Shown one piece after another: positions 25,786 to 40,879 of a DNA stretch of 64,000 nt. The notes under the pieces are model-generated. The model had not been told where the DNA came from. It ran no database searches and saw nothing but the letters and a program-made list of their open reading frames with translations. The position numbers and the translations under genes are program-made. How positions within the stretch are numbered: position 1 is the stretch's first letter; each line of letters begins with the position of its first letter. Source of the DNA: Epiperipatus broadwayi (Eukaryota > Animalia > Onychophora); the NCBI GenBank assembly GCA_028023455.1, contig JAQFVV010000010.1:12586001-12650000 (forward strand), given 5' to 3'.

Positions 25786-28700
25786 GCATTTTCTATATTA
25801 TAAATATCATTTCCATATAGTATATTAAAATTGCTTATGAAATAAAATATTTATTAATAGTGACAAAATTATTATTTCAAAACTTTATCAATAAATACAT
25901 TTTTATTGTTATATATATATATTGTATGTTTAAATTTCATATTAGAATTATTCTAATATGAAAATATAAGATATTTCCATATATTAAAATATTTCACAAT
26001 AACATCTGTTAAAAATTATTAATTTATTTTGTATTAATATTTTATATATACATATTTAGCTAACAGTTAATAATTTTTGAAAAATAAACAATAAAACAAA
26101 GGGACCAAGTGTAAAGTCTTTAATTCAGAAAAATTTCAACTTCAGTTATCCCACTTCTCAATGTCAAAAACCAACAGAATTTATTTATGTAAGATGGTGT
26201 AAAGATGTTATATTATATGTTTATTAAATATGCAGTTTTTTATCACCAATATTTCTATCTATAAGAATTTTAGTTATATTCATTTTTTGTTTTGTTAAGC
26301 TATAGATCTTTGTGTGTGTGTGTGTATATATATATGGTTTTATAAATATAATCACATGATAACAGCCGATGCTTATCTAAACCATGAATCATCAATCTGT
26401 TGTCAAGCCAATAGGTATATATGTATGTGTGTGTAAAGCAGGTAAATGCTTACTTATTATTATTTAAAGGTATGAAAAATATAAATGTGTCATTAATTAT
26501 GTAGCTTTTTATCTATTGTAATTAAATAAGCTAGTATCATGGTATATGTAAACATGAAATTAGTATAGCTTAATTAAATATATATAGAAGGATCAAGAAT
26601 AGAATGGACCAATGGATCACCTATTCTTAAAGCTTTTGATGTTTATAAACTTACTTTTGCTAACAATTCAGAATGAAATTAATATATCAGTTAAATAAAA
26701 ATAATGGCATTAACAATTATTAACTAATAATCATTTAGAGAAGAATATAGATAGAATCAAGCAGAAGTTAATAATTGTAAACATGAAATTAATATAGCTT
26801 AATATATATATAATTAAGGAGAGCAAACCAGTTTCCCACAGGATCAAGAATAAAATGGACTATTCTATTCTTGATCTTAGTTAAACATACAATGTTATTT
26901 ATTCGTAACCTGAGAGAGATTTATTTGCTCCTCTTAATTGTGTTTCTAGAAAGTAACTGACATAATATCTCAATATGAAATAAAAAACAATGATCATATG
27001 TTAAAAAGGGATTGAAGTTTTAATTCACTAATATATTCTTCTCTACTAATAGCGCAACTGTATTTTAAAATTACAGATAATAAATTTATAATATTTTAAT
27101 CTTAAGAGGAAAAAAAAATCAATCAACAGAAATTAACTTATATATTCGGTCGTATTGTACTTAATATTATTCTTGAGATATGGATAATAATATATTATTG
27201 AATTATTTGATAAATTAATGGATTAAACCAATAAAATATCGCTTGACTTTATTTTATATATTGCTGTCTTTAGAGGTGGTGAAAGAAAATTAATGGATTG
27301 TCAGAAGTTAAATATATTTCAAATACTTTTTTTTTTCAACAGAATTTGCAAAATTAAACTCCCAATAGTTATGCAAAGGCTATAAAATAATGAATCAAGA
27401 TTTTCTATATTTGGTGTTAGATAGTGCATTTTAGTGCATGACTGCAATTAGAAAAATGAGAATTGATTTTACTTACCAATAATTCAATGAAAAATTTATA
27501 GATAAAAGTACAGAATTTTTGAATTATGAAGATTCTTATCTGGATTGAACCACATTAAAAATAATATTAAGTTCATAAAAATTTATTTTAAGACTAAAAA
27601 AAAAACACACCTTAAGAGATACTATAAACAGTTGTTACTTTATTTTTTGTAATGATTCGTATAAAACAATTGAGCTGTTAGATTTAAAATAGTACAACTG
27701 AAAAGTTCCACAGCATGTAAATAAATAGATAATATATTAACTATATGCAACGTATCAGATAATTGTTGATTGATAATTGTATCAGTGTAAAATAAAAGCT
27801 ACCACTTCATGAACAAATAAGTTTCTAATATGATGTATTACAATAAAGCAAATACTTCAAATTAATACACTCTTTGAATATAAAAGTGTTAAGAGACTTT
27901 ATCTAGATATTGTTTGAAACAATTACAGGCTATACATTTATTTTAATGTTAGATTCATATTAAGAGAATCATTATCAGAAAGATATCTTGACAAGTAAAT
28001 AAAATCATATTTGTAGATAATGTGATTAATTGACTTGCGTGTACTGAAGAGAATTTTAAAAGATTATAATTGAAGAGTATGCCTAATCAAGACATTAGTT
28101 TATTTAAATAAGAAATGGATTTTTATATCTGAAAAACCTTAATTATCAAAAGTGACTATGCATTTTAGGACTTACTTTAATTATTTAAAGTTTTATTCAA
28201 ATTTAATTTAATGGAAATTGAATCTAATATTTAAGAAAATATATCTGAAACAGTTTATCTTTTTATTAGTGCTTTAAATCAGTTTTTTATAGTTTCTAGG
28301 ATAATTAGAATTCTATTAAACTATATAGAGTGTAGAAGATGATATTGATTTTTCCAGATTTATGTCTATCTCCAGTAATATTTTTGAATTTGCAATTATA
28401 CATAAAACATTTCTAAACAATCAACTTTTGCAAATACTATTATCTCTTATCTGTTTATTGATGATAATATGTTTTAGAATTACAAAAATTATGGCTTTAT
28501 GCAAAACCTAATTTTTAATGGAGGCACAACATTTAATGTAGTTATTATTTTTAAACTTTTATTGCCTTATTAGTAAAAGACATTAATTAATCCATCAATA
28601 AATTTTTGATTATTTACATAAAAGTATAGAATGTTAGAGGTTTTTTTTAGAAGATTCTATATTAATTCTTTAGATTCTGAAATTGATCTTAGCAAGAACA

Positions 28701-29479
28701 AAGGGAAATCATTGGTAGATATAGAATTAATATTGCTATGTTATTCTGTAATGTTTTTTAAAGTTACTTTTTTTTTTTTATTCTCAACTAATTATAAACA
28801 AATAACATAAAATTAAATAAAAAACCCGTTGACAATGTTGCACTTAGAAATAAAAGATATAACAGCACAAACAGTTGTGAGCTAACAGTTAAAACGTGTA
28901 ATCACCAAAGTTATAATAAAACAGGGTTTAAGAAAATCAGCTAGTAAATTATTCTCTATTTTAAAAGGAGTAATAATTTAGTACAGCATATCCAAAAAGC
29001 CGGGTTAACTTGGAAACCTTATTCTCAAGAACGTAAAAAAAGCGTAATCATAGGACTTAATAATTTAATAATCAATAGCTCGAAGGTTTTACGTAATAAT
29101 GATCACAGAAGTGATAGAATTAGCTTCAATTTAGAACATTTAATTCTCAAATTCATCACTTCAATTACTACACAAGGCATCACAAGCCTTCTTGTAATTG
29201 GACCTGTTTGGCAATAGTTATTGCTGAAAATCACAAAGAGACTATCAATTTAGTCAAATCAGCATATTTGTTGCTAGACATGATATAACATTATTCTATT
29301 GTAAAGAATTTTTGACACTTAGAATTTATTTTAATAGTGACAGCTATCATATGTTAAATAATGAATCAAAAATAAGAGAATTTACTGTCCTTCTTATTAG
29401 CTATGGCTGCTATGCATAGTTAAGTTCAGAAGATAATAGGATTGCCTGTAAATGATTTTATCTAGTCATTTGCACTTGT

Positions 29480-29790
29480 TCTCATCTAAAGGCAATTATA
29501 GCCTGAACATTAATTCAATTGATATTTACAAGTAGCACATTGCTCGCCATCTGGTATCTTGTCATGTGGCATCACTTACTTCCAGTCATATTACAGTTAC
29601 ATTATTATCTAGCTATAGGATGTGGATAAATGTGTTGCTACTAGTCTGATCATTTTCCCACAAGTTAATGCTTAGTTATAAACTATCACTATTTCTCAAC
29701 ATTGTTTACAAGGCATCTAATGCTTTTTTGATTAGCTCCATTTCCAGGTCTCTCTGTGATTGAGCATGTTTGGATTTAGCATTTTTTGAA
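29480..29790 (+). mobile_element. Tc1-like transposase remnant
   Basis: ...PGLSVIEHVW resembles SPDLSPIEHVW; heavily decayed. Confidence 0.4.
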
Positions 29791-30466
29791 AACTTTGCTA
29801 TGCAGCAACATTTTATCTTGTGACTACATAATTACTGAATTGTCATATATACCTGAACATATTTAGCTGTCTTAAACCTATTCACAAAACAGCCAAGTCT
29901 AATTCACAAGCCAAAATCCTCAAAGAATCATTTAAATGAACTTGAAAATAACACTCACCTTTTCTTATATTATGTCAATCTCTTTGTCAGCTAAAAAATG
30001 ATTTGATTGTTTTATGAATAGGTTTATATTATCACTGTTACATATTTGATAAGCCCTAAATTATTTACAGGCTTGTTAAAATTGTTAGAATTTAGCTGAC
30101 TTTATTACTCCATACATGATATATGATAAGTTAACCTAGATAGTGCCTGTTCTAAAATATACTTCATCTTGTTCAACTAACTTTTGTAATGCTTTATAAA
30201 TTCATTATGTTATTTATATGTGTATCATTGCATGTTGTGAGTTTTACTTTACATTATTTCTTGCAGATGTGGTCATTTTTATTTGAATACTAGTTTGTCT
30301 GTGTGTATGTGTGTGTGTATAATGTCACTGTGTAAGAAAGATAAATAAAATTCAGTAATGCATGAAATTTATACTAGTATAAATCTGTCAGTTTGATATA
30401 TTGTTTTTAGCTAAAAAAGATTTTCATAGTATATATGCACTTATATATGTATTTGTTTTTATATAG

Positions 30467-30576
30467 GCACTTAACCAGTTATTTGAAAAAATTATGGCAT
30501 TAGATATTGATGAACGACATCTTCTTCGTCTTGGACATGGTGAAGAAGCCTTAGAAACAGAAAAAGACTTTAGTCG
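30467..30576 (+). CDS. AQR: AQR exon F ([27 protein letters not shown])
   Basis: atatag / gtaaat. Confidence 0.97.
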
Positions 30577-30654
30577 GTAAATCATAATTTTTTAATATAA
30601 ATGAAAAATATAATTTAAAAAATGTTTTAAATTTTTTGTTTTTTTTCCCCCCAG

Positions 30655-30790
30655 ATATGGTAGAGTTAATTATGTTTTAGCTAAACGTCTAGAGTTATTG
30701 CAGGAAGTTGCTCGTTTACAAGAAAGTTTGGATGTGCCTGGAGATGTTTCTTATACTTGTGAAACTGCAGGACATTTTTATCTGTATCAG
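30655..30790 (+). CDS. AQR: AQR exon G ([11 protein letters not shown]...[11 protein letters not shown])
   Basis: cccag / gtcaga. Confidence 0.96.
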
Positions 30791-32454
30791 GTCAGACTTA
30801 TTTTAAAGAAAAATATTTTCAACAAAGAAATTATTAAAGAATGATATTAACATTTGTTTTTGTTACTGTTATTTTTTTTTCATTTCACAGTTTAAAGAAA
30901 AATTATCCCAAAATTATAAATTATTATATTGATATAAATGTCTTCTTTTATCTTTATTGAATTTTTTTTTCTGTATTTTATGGTATTTTCCCCTAAATTT
31001 ATTATATATTCTTTGTTTTTTTGTTTTATATAGTTTGAATATATATATGATATAGTGAAACCTTCACATTTACTATATTTTGTTTTAAGACCTTATAGCA
31101 GATGGAATGAATTAGCTGCTAATAACTCATAGCTTTATTCATTTACAATCTTGTAAATTAAGACCATCATAACCATATATAAATAAAAACAGTCAAAACA
31201 TGCACACATTATATGTAATTGCAAATATTTTAAAGTATACATAAATATGTACTTTCATTTTATATATTATAATTTAAAATTTAACATAATGTATACATTC
31301 TTAATAGTTAATAAAAATAAAGAATGCTTTTTGTATTTAAAACGAAAAGAAAAAAAAAAATTAAAGCATTATTTTAAAAAAATGAATAATAAATTCACTG
31401 GAGTACTGTAGATAATAGTTTAAATAAGAATTTATAAAAAGTGTTTCCTTCCCCCTAACTTTATCAGTGATAAGTTTACATTGGAAAAAAAGTTAATAAG
31501 ATTACAAAAATAAATTTTTTAATAGTTGTAAGTTGGAGGAAAAAAAAGAATTGTTACATAGTTTAATTATACATATTAAAACTAAATATTTGCTTATACT
31601 TTTTGCAAATAATAGATTGACAAAAACTGATTTTGATAAAATGCAAAAGATACAATATCTAAATTGATTACTGTAATTTCAAGTACATGGTCACTTTTTG
31701 TTTACTACGTTTTTGAATAGTAAATAGTTGAACTAGTGGATTTTGATACACTGAATGTCTTAATCCTACTGCATACATTTGTAGTAAGAGCAAATATCAA
31801 TTAATAGACAGCTGTTCTTTTTCTGATAAAAAAAATGTTTTATTTTTATTCTAATTATAATATTTTAGTACACTCGCTATTATGCTAAAATAAAACTCCT
31901 GATGCTTAACATATTTATTTTCATATTATTTATTTTAGGAAATTGTTAAAGGCCATTGAAGATGGTTTATTTGTTAAATTTATTATAAAAAAAGAATGAT
32001 TATGGTTGTTAAAAAATTGTTAAATGTATTTTTAATGTATCTGAGAAATGTTTATTTAATTTTGAATTTAAAATACACACTTCTGTATGATATATGGAAA
32101 TACATTTTTTTTAAATAATTATAGATTATTTGAAACATTTCTACAAAATGCATGTTGCTTGAAACTTCATAAATTTTTTTAAACAAAATTTAAATATTAA
32201 AAATAATGAGAACTAAGGTCATTGCTTCAATTAATGTTAATTGGCAAGCATATTCATAATGGCATTAGAATTTTTTTTTAATAAAGAGAAAAGCAGATAT
32301 TCATATATGATGACAGCCATATTATTATTATGATTTTTTTTTTTGTTTGTTTTGTTGTACTTGAGTAAATGTGTTTTTACATTAATTTTTATTGGCCTAA
32401 ATGGTTTACTTATTAACCTTAAATTTTATAAGTCTTTTATCTTTTTTTTCTTAG

Positions 32455-32508
32455 GTATTATCAAGATGGGAAGAATATATGAGTAAAGTAAAACCTAAAC
32501 CTGACAAG
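32455..32508 (+). CDS. AQR: AQR exon H (VLSRWEEYMSKVKPKPDK)
   Basis: cttag / gtattg, 54 nt. Confidence 0.93.
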
Positions 32509-32589
32509 GTATTGATTTGTTTTTAATGTAATTTAATGAAAGATTTCTATAAAACAGCAATTTATATTTAGTTTGTTTTTGTTTTACAG

Positions 32590-32745
32590 TCAGTTTCTAC
32601 CAATGTTATCAAAGATTTTTTTCCTTTTATTAAATTTTTTGAAAATGCTCCGCAACCAATATTCAAAGGTAAATCTTATGATGAGGATATAGATATTGCT
32701 GAAGGTTGCTTCCGATACATTAAGAAAATTTTTACCCAGTTAGAG
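32590..32745 (+). CDS. AQR: AQR exon I (SVSTNV...FFPF...NAPQPIFKG...IFTQLE)
   Basis: ttacag / gtatga, 156 nt. Confidence 0.95.
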
Positions 32746-33689
32746 GTATGAATTTTTTTTTTTTTGCTAAATTTAAAACATAATGGTCTTTTTTACCTTT
32801 TTTTAAATATTTTATTTGTTAATGTTTATCAGAACTAATTATGAAGAAATTTACAATTTTTGACATTTATATCAGAAAATCTTTATTAAAACTCACAGCG
32901 GATATTTTTTTAAAACTATAAATTAATGTGGTTTGCCCAGAATCAGAAAGTGAACGGGAGCTTAGGACTCCAGTTTTCACTGTTTCAGGCTCCCTGTTCT
33001 ATTCACCAAAGTCATAGTCCATTGTTGGATTCATAAAAAAAAGTTTACCAAAATGTAAGTGAATATCTGTTTTATTGTTTTTTTATCTTTAGAAGAAATT
33101 TTGAAACAGTTTTCATTCAATGATAATTGAAATTATCCATCGTTCCGTTTTATGCAAATGGATGCCATTAGAAAGAGACAAAAGCTAGCTTAAATAATTC
33201 TTGGAATCATTAAAATATTATAAACCTTTTAAAAATAATTTTAAATGAAACCAAATATTTCTAAAAAGAATAGACACTAGAAATCCTAATTTTATTAATA
33301 GAATAAACAGGAAATTCATTTGCACATCAAATCTCATAGAAAACATGGAATATAATATGTTAGCAATGATTGTTTTAGGAATTTTATCTTTGCATCAGAT
33401 TTTAGCAGTATTAAACAAGTTTCAATTATTAATTCGATCTCAATTTTGGAATTAAACATTATAGAAAATAACCTAAGCTATAGCCTTGCACAAAAATCAG
33501 GTTTCTCTGAACATCAGGACAGAAGTTATCACCCCCCTTCCGGTGGATTGCCCCCCCCCGGTGGATTGGGCCCCCCTCCCCCCCAAAAAAATCAATAAAT
33601 AAAATTTTTTCAAATCAACACAACTGCAATGAAGTGATTCCTGAGCTAAAAAAATAATGATCTAATCAAGACCTAAAATCAAAAGAAGC

Positions 33690-34760
33690 AGGATCCAACT
33701 AGTATCAACAAATAAAAATCATTGTGAACCCTGAAGGACTTTGGTTGGTGGGTTTAGCAGCTGCTGCGAACATTCGCAGACACAGGAGTCTGATGATGAT
33801 CAAGGGCGGATGTTCAGCTCCATTGACCTCAGTGTGCAAAATGATATGGAAAAATGATTTATTCTCATAAATCCGGCTTGATTTCAAGACTACATGAATT
33901 AAATGTATTGGTGGGTGTGAGTTTGCACTCCTTTTTCTCAAGTGTGGTGATAGTGGTCATAAGAGGCTTGGTTCATTTGAAGGGATGGTCGACGATCATT
34001 GTCTAGCCCGGGAATACCTGCCGGGAGGGTGAAAGTCACTACCTTCACATGGACTTTGCCATGAAGGGCTACTGCACCCCTTGATGGATTATTTGATAGG
34101 TCAGTGTTGATTTGCACTCACTATCATTAAGTTTTATTTGTTAGCTTTAAATTTAGTGCATTTGTAAAGCGGTTGGTCTGTTTTGAGTCACCGCCATTTT
34201 TTTTTTGTAACATTGATGGAGTTCTGTTTTGGGGGCATGGGTCTGCACTCCCCTCTTTTTCTTCAGGGATGGCTGGTTGTAGACATTAGGTATCTGGTTT
34301 ATGGTGTGGGCTGTTAACAATTTTGCCACTGTCTAGAACCCCTGCCGGGGTGCTACATGGTCAAAGTTGGTGCTATACCTGCTCTGGTTGGCTGCTGTGT
34401 CCCCTGATAGGTTGTTTTGGGGCAGTGTCGATCTGGCTCTTTACTTATTACTTCTTAGTTTTTACCCAAGTTGCCTTTCCGATTTTGGGCAGGTAGACCG
34501 ATTGTGGTCCCTGCTCATTTGGACTGCTAATTGGGAGGCAGAGGTATTCAGAATGGTCTTGACATGGCCCAGCTGTGGTTCGAGATTTTATTGCTTGGTG
34601 AACTTGGGCCTTGGACCTCGCTGCCTGTTGCGGTGGTTGGCATAATGCTGGACTTCGCCTATTCAGCTGAAGCATTTGAGTCTTCGCTTCGGGGCCTCTG
34701 GGGTAGGACCATTGGGTGATGGTTAACTTCTCGACAGCCGGGCCATGTGGATCCACATAC
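33690..34760 (-). mobile_element. Tx1/L1-like LINE remnant (ORF1 zinc knuckle, start of AP endonuclease)
   Basis: GC-rich island; KCFS*.GE..HYANH knuckle relic; KKGV.. and ILHTEVNG resemble the endonuclease. Confidence 0.5.
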
Positions 34761-36602
34761 AGATATACATTAATCACATTACAGCAATTTTTATGGATGT
34801 AATTATTTTTGAACATATGTACATTTTACCTTGTTACATTGAATCACTGTGTAATCCTCAATGGGTAAGTGTACCCAAAATTTTTGTAATCTTTTATTAA
34901 TAAAGGTTACTTTGAGAAAAAAGTTTAATCTTGCATTCTTGAATTGAATTACATCTTTTCACAAATGGTTAATATTGGCCATAGTTTTTAGATGATTTGT
35001 TTTTACTAAAAGTTATTCAATACTTGTTATACTTATTGCTTAAATGCTTAATGAAATATCAGTACTATTTTTCCAATAAGGATTAATTATAATATTTAAT
35101 AAACAATACAATAAACTGCAAAATATAATGGTCATTTCAAAATATTCAATAAAGTAAGCAAAAACATATTAAATTATGCAAATACATATACTCTATATGT
35201 AAATGAGCTTTAATGTGCTTTTTAATAAGAAAGAAAAATGGGCGACTAGAATGGATGTCAATAGGAAATAAAGATCTTTTATACAGTAATGATTGTTAAA
35301 AAGCCATTGAATTTATACATTCTATCAGAAGTCTTGCAAGCCAAATTATATAAAACCCAGCATATACTTTCATTAAGACATTTATTTTTATTTTATAAAG
35401 AAGTTTGTTTCATATAAATTTAGAACAGTTATAAATATTTATAGACATAGAAATTATGTTTAATAAACATGTCAAACCTTATGTGAATATATATGAAATT
35501 AATAAGTGAATATCAAATAGATAATATGTAAATATCTGAGTATTATTGGAAAAATATTAAATATCACACATGATAAGAAGTTAACAAATAATATATACAG
35601 TATTTAGAGTTTATTTAATAAAAAAGAGTTCAGAATGTACAAAAATAACTGTAGTACAAAAATAATGCTCCTTTAATCTTTTCTCTATACTGCATCTCAA
35701 TTTACCTATATATGATAACATGAATTTCTCAAAAAATTTGATAAACAACATTAATTTTTTTTGACAGGTATGATACTTTTAGAATTATTCACTAACTTAT
35801 TAACATTATTTGTAATGCAAAATGAAACATTAAATACATCCTTGTGTATATTTTTAAAAAATTTCATTTGAGAATTTGAAATATATGGAATAGAAATCCA
35901 TTTTTTTATTATTAATTTTCAGTTCCTTTAAATTATTATACTTTTTTTTAATAGACATAAGTATTCTTAATCTGCTTAATCTTATAACCATCTTCAAGCA
36001 ACTCCTTTGTAAATAATTTCTTATGTTATATCATAGGAATTAATAGATATAGCCACTAACTGTAAAAAAAATTGTATTTGTTTGCTTTTCTTATTAAATG
36101 AAGTAAATTAATCACCAAAAAGTGGAATTAAAATGTCTCTTATAATACTACCTAATGGAGTAGATTAATAAAAACAATTATTCAAAATGTCTTCCTGACG
36201 AATATTGTTAACTATAACTTACCAAATACATGCTTCTCGATTGTTTTTCTTTCAAAAAAAAAAAGTGCAATTAATTTTCTTTACATATATGAAAACGTAA
36301 AGCACCCACACACAAAATTGAAGTGATAGGAGAATATACAAGATAGACCAACTACAATAAAATATAATAGCTAATACAATCCAACGCAATATCCTAGTCA
36401 GGAGGAATATTAAAGTTTAACATTGCTTTAAAATGTGTAGATGTTTATGCATGAAATCTTTGTGTTAAAAACATGGTCAATTTGAAAAGTTATAAGAGGA
36501 AAACAATTAAATGAATTTGTTTTATTGAGTATTACCAGTCAACTACTAGATTATTTATTAGATAAATATATTACCAAAATCACACTTTTCTTTATTTTTG
36601 CC

Positions 36603-36757
36603 GTAATATCCTATAAATACAATTTATCCAAACCCCTTCAAACACTTTTTAGCAAAACTCTTTATTTGTACATATACATACACCTATGTACAAATAAAGA
36701 GTTTTGTTAAAAAGTGTTTAAAGCGGTTTGGATAAATTGTATTCATAAATATATTAC
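36603..36757. repeat. 155 bp hairpin
   Basis: tacaatttatccaaacc...aaaactctttatttgtacata mirrored by tatgtacaaataaagagtttt...ggtttggataaattgta. Confidence 0.85.
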
Positions 36758-37475
36758 TTAAAATTTTGAGAACTTTAAAATTTCATAAAGAACCAATTAT
36801 TATTGTATTTTAATGTTAGGGATTATCTATTAGTAAAATAAACAATTATATATTTTATTGGGAATGCATATTGTAAAGTAGGATATAATATTAAAAATGT
36901 AATATTTGATTTCAATTTTAATGCTCTGTCTTGAAAATTTGCGTTTTTCAGACTCTCCAGATGTTCAAACTGCTTACTTCCAATGGAAATCCTAGCAACA
37001 AAACATTTTCTTTGTACAAACTAGAATAGTGAAAAACTTTGGATAATATTGAATGATATCACAGACCACATAATCACAAGTTATAAATATAACTCTTGTC
37101 AAAATTTAAATAGTCTTTGCAGGGCACAAAGAATCGTGTCAGGTTTCAATCTAAAATAGCTATTCTGTTAGCCTTCTTTAATATGGAGGAATAAAAAAAC
37201 CTAATAGGCATTTTGCCTAGTGGCAAAATGTTTTTTTCTCATCAGTCTAAATGGATAAATTACAGCAGTAAACATAATTTTAATATTTTAAGTCATTAAT
37301 GGAATTTCAAAATCCTTTGTGGGATATTACTACACGTAATAATAATAATTCAGTAATCATTTGTCTTTTCTTTAAAACTGGATTAACTTGTTGGAAATAA
37401 TATTGACTACATCTTCTTATGGTCTCTCTGTATATTATAAATCTCGTATAAATTTATGGACTAACTTACTGTAAT

Positions 37476-37800
37476 TAGAAAGGACTTGAACTCAGACTTT
37501 CAAGCTTCCTACAGCTATCCACTCCATCTTATACAGTTAATACACATGACCACATATACATGAAAAAGGTAAATGATCTCCAATATATGAATTTATTGGA
37601 GATCATTTATCTTTTTCACGTATATGTGGTCATGTATATCGATTGTTTAAAATGGAATGGATTGCTGGTTCAGCACCAAATATGTATATTGGACATCATT
37701 TATCTTTTTCACATGTATATGATCATGTATAACGGTTGTATAAGATGGAATGGATAGATGGAGGGAGCTTAAAAGTCTGAATTCAAGTCCATTCTAATTA
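37476..37800. mobile_element. Family H2 fold-back plus partial tandem copy with a hammerhead remnant (37663-37700)
   Basis: Inverted arms around 37590; UGCU-GGUUC-AGCAC-cAAA-UAUGUAUA-UUGG. Confidence 0.75.
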
Positions 37801-39805
37801 CATTAAATTTTGTATAGGCAATGTATATGTATTTAAAGGATTAACTTATTGTAATAGTGGATATGAAACTTCTTAAAATTGCAATAAAGATTATACTGAT
37901 TCAAGTCAATGGATTACTTATTCCTTTTGGGTCTCACTTTATTTTCAAAATGACCAGAATTATATCTGGATAGATTCAAATTGTTTGAACTAATGATTAT
38001 TCAATTCTTGCATTTCATGTATATAATAAATACTAATTACTAGGATATTCTTTTAACGTTACTTCTGGATTAAATTATTAATTTGATAGAATGACTACAT
38101 GCCTAACACCTGATTAAGGAAAATAGATTTATAATTGTTAGCAATATGTCATCAAAACGATGCTAAAGATGTTATAAGTTATAGATAAAATTTTTAAAGG
38201 GATTAATTTTTAAATGATGTAAGCCATAATAGGAATAATAATTGTGACTTACTAGTAAAAATCCTTTGGAAAATCATATTATTAGATTTCAACTTCCGAG
38301 TGGATTGCTCTGCCATATGAATCTAGTATTAAGTGCATATTATAATGAAAAAAAAAAAAAAGGAAAATAATTTTCTTGAACAAGAAAATGAAACCGGTAT
38401 TATTGGTTAAAGTAGAGTATTTAATGAGTTTTATTCGTGATTTGTTTAAATTATTTGTTTTATAATTATTATTATTATAAATATGATTAATAAAGTTCTC
38501 AAGATACACTAGTAAGACAAAGGTAAAGGCAATTACCTTAGATTAGTAGTACAATTGGATCTAAGTGTAATGTCTGTTATATATTATTTGTATTGGAGAT
38601 ATTGTATGAAATTTAAGATAATGTGCACCCCCCCCCATTCATATTGAATTTATTATGTGTTTTATTGATCCTTTATTTCATCCTTATGTTATTCAATAAA
38701 TAAAAGTATTCTGAGTAGGTCAATAAATAAACATGGAAATTGTATTTCTTCTCTGTGTCCAGAAAATAGTGTATATGATCTTGTAAATGCTAGATTAAAC
38801 AGCAAATCAATATCATGGTATTGATAATTACAGCCTCATGAGTTAGTCGAGATAGACTCCTAACCGTACACTAAAAAGTTTTACGATAGTGTAACTAGAA
38901 AGCACAGTCAATTATGCTACTAGGACATATAATTATCAGATTTTATGAAATCGTATTAATTGTTGAGGATTAATACTCTTATTAGGTAAACAATTCACCT
39001 ACTCCAAACAGTATGAAGGAATTAGACTGTTTACCTATAAATGAGGTTGTTACTATGCCAATTATTAGTGTAAAAGTATGAAAGTACATGATAAAACATT
39101 CTCATATCCACCTTTAATATGAGGGTGAATATTATATATCATCTCCAATAGAGTGTCTTGTTATGTACATCATTTTATTAATAATACATGTAATCACAAC
39201 CCAATATTAAAAATCTTTAGTAGACAAAACCGACCAATATAATTTTAAAACGTTATGTAGAGAACTTTTCTGATTAAGAGTATGTTTTGTTGTTTATTAA
39301 GAATTTTATTGTTTATCTAATTAAAGCGGAAGTATGGAGATTATTAAAATAGTCGATAATATGGTTGTTTGTCATTGAGTGAAATCAGCATCATTTGCAT
39401 GCTATCTAAATAAACTAGGTCATACATCTGTTTCATTAAATTCACTCTTTTTATTGAATTTGTTTGCGCCATTGCTTACTCATATTTTTAGCCAAAGTAC
39501 CGAATTCAATAAGGTATGATATGGTATAATAAAATCCTTTTAATACCATAATCATATTCAGAATAGATATATTTTTGATTTTCAGTTATAATTCTTTTAT
39601 ATAATAATTGACTAAATTTAATTAAGAACTCTGAGATAAATAATTAACTTAATTACACATGTAATTTGGGCATAAAAGAGTTAAATTGTTAACCTGATAT
39701 GAGTAAACATACTTATTTGCATTAAAATAATCCTTTATCCATTGTACAGTGCTATACAGTAGATGCACAAAAGAATATATTGGGATTATACTATGAATCT
39801 ATTCT

Positions 39806-39975
39806 AGTACTATGAGATATTTATTGTTATTACAATCATATATAGCATCAGATTATAGAATAGTTATTTATTATTATAGTTATCAAATGGATAAATAAAT
39901 TTATATTTGTCTTAGCTTTAATTCTGTAGAGTTTACAGCTGATAGCAAGCATAATATAAAAGCACTTTTCTCAAC
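39806..39975 (+). repeat. 170 bp direct repeat, left copy
   Basis: About 90% identical by eye to 43523-43692. Confidence 0.9.
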
Positions 39976-39979
39976 CTAC

Positions 39980-40360
39980 AAAGGATGAAATCTTAGAGGA
40001 AGTAGACTAATTAGAAATAGTAGAAGAAAAGGAGAAATCTCCATCTGAAATAAGATTAAAAGAAATAGCGATATTACAATACCTCCCCTTACTCCAGAAA
40101 ACCCCATGTTGCGATCCCTCGATGCTTTGTTTTTTCTCTTCCCAACCTGGAGAAACACTTTATTTTTACGATTAACCGATGTAATTCTTGAAATTTGTGT
40201 AAACTCTTCTTTTTCCTCGCCACCCTGAGTGCCCTTTCTGCCACTTGGAGACACTCTGGGTTTTTCCTTGTTCTACGGTTTTTGTATCTGGCAGCTCACT
40301 GCTTAAAGATTGCCATTCTTCTAGAAAATCTTTGAAAGTGTCTAGTTCGATTTTCACTTT
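39980..40360 (-). mobile_element. Possible second Gypsy gag/protease remnant
   Basis: SVSKWQKGHS (decayed knuckle-like) followed by FQM..S (protease-like). Confidence 0.3.
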
Positions 40361-40399
40361 CGGTCATCTTTTCTTGTGGCTCCATTTGATACTGCTGCC

Positions 40400-40875
40400 A
40401 ATTGTCTACTTGTTCAGATAATTCTGACATTGGGGTTTTGCTTTGTAATTTTCCATTAAGTTCTGAGATTTGTTGATCAAGTTCTATTACTCATTGTCTA
40501 GAAGCCTTCAATCTTCCTTGAAATTCTTCAAGTTAAGTTAATTTCTGTTTTATGGTATGCTGACTTTGTGCCAGGGATGACTGCAGCTCTGGTTTTTCTA
40601 CCAAAATACCTATCATCTGTATGTGAACCTGAAGTTGCTCCTTCAGAGAACCTTGCTCTTTAAACTGCTTCTGTTCAAAGTCTTTCTGTTCCTCTTCAAG
40701 TTGATTTTGTAATTTGAAATTATAATGTTCCAGTTCTTGTAACTGCAAGTTGAGTTGTAGCTCAGATTGTGTCTTTTTTTCATGCATAGTAGTTAATTTT
40801 TGGTTCCTTGACTCCAATTCTTGTAGTTTGGTCTGTAATTTAGTGATCTCTATTTGTCCTTGCGAAATGGTCCTA
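40400..40875 (-). pseudogene. Intronless GOLGA2/GM130-like golgin fragment
   Basis: LQELESRNQKL...QLEEEQK...[33 protein letters not shown]...EEFQGRLKASRQ*VIEL resembles recalled GM130 [34 protein letters not shown]...SRRRVGEL; frameshifts and one stop. Confidence 0.85.
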
Positions 40876-40879
40876 TCTC

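Noticed and set aside
26900-29100. Possible old LINE RT remnant
   Set aside because: Only faint motifs (FPQGS, FVDN); too decayed to give a family or boundaries.
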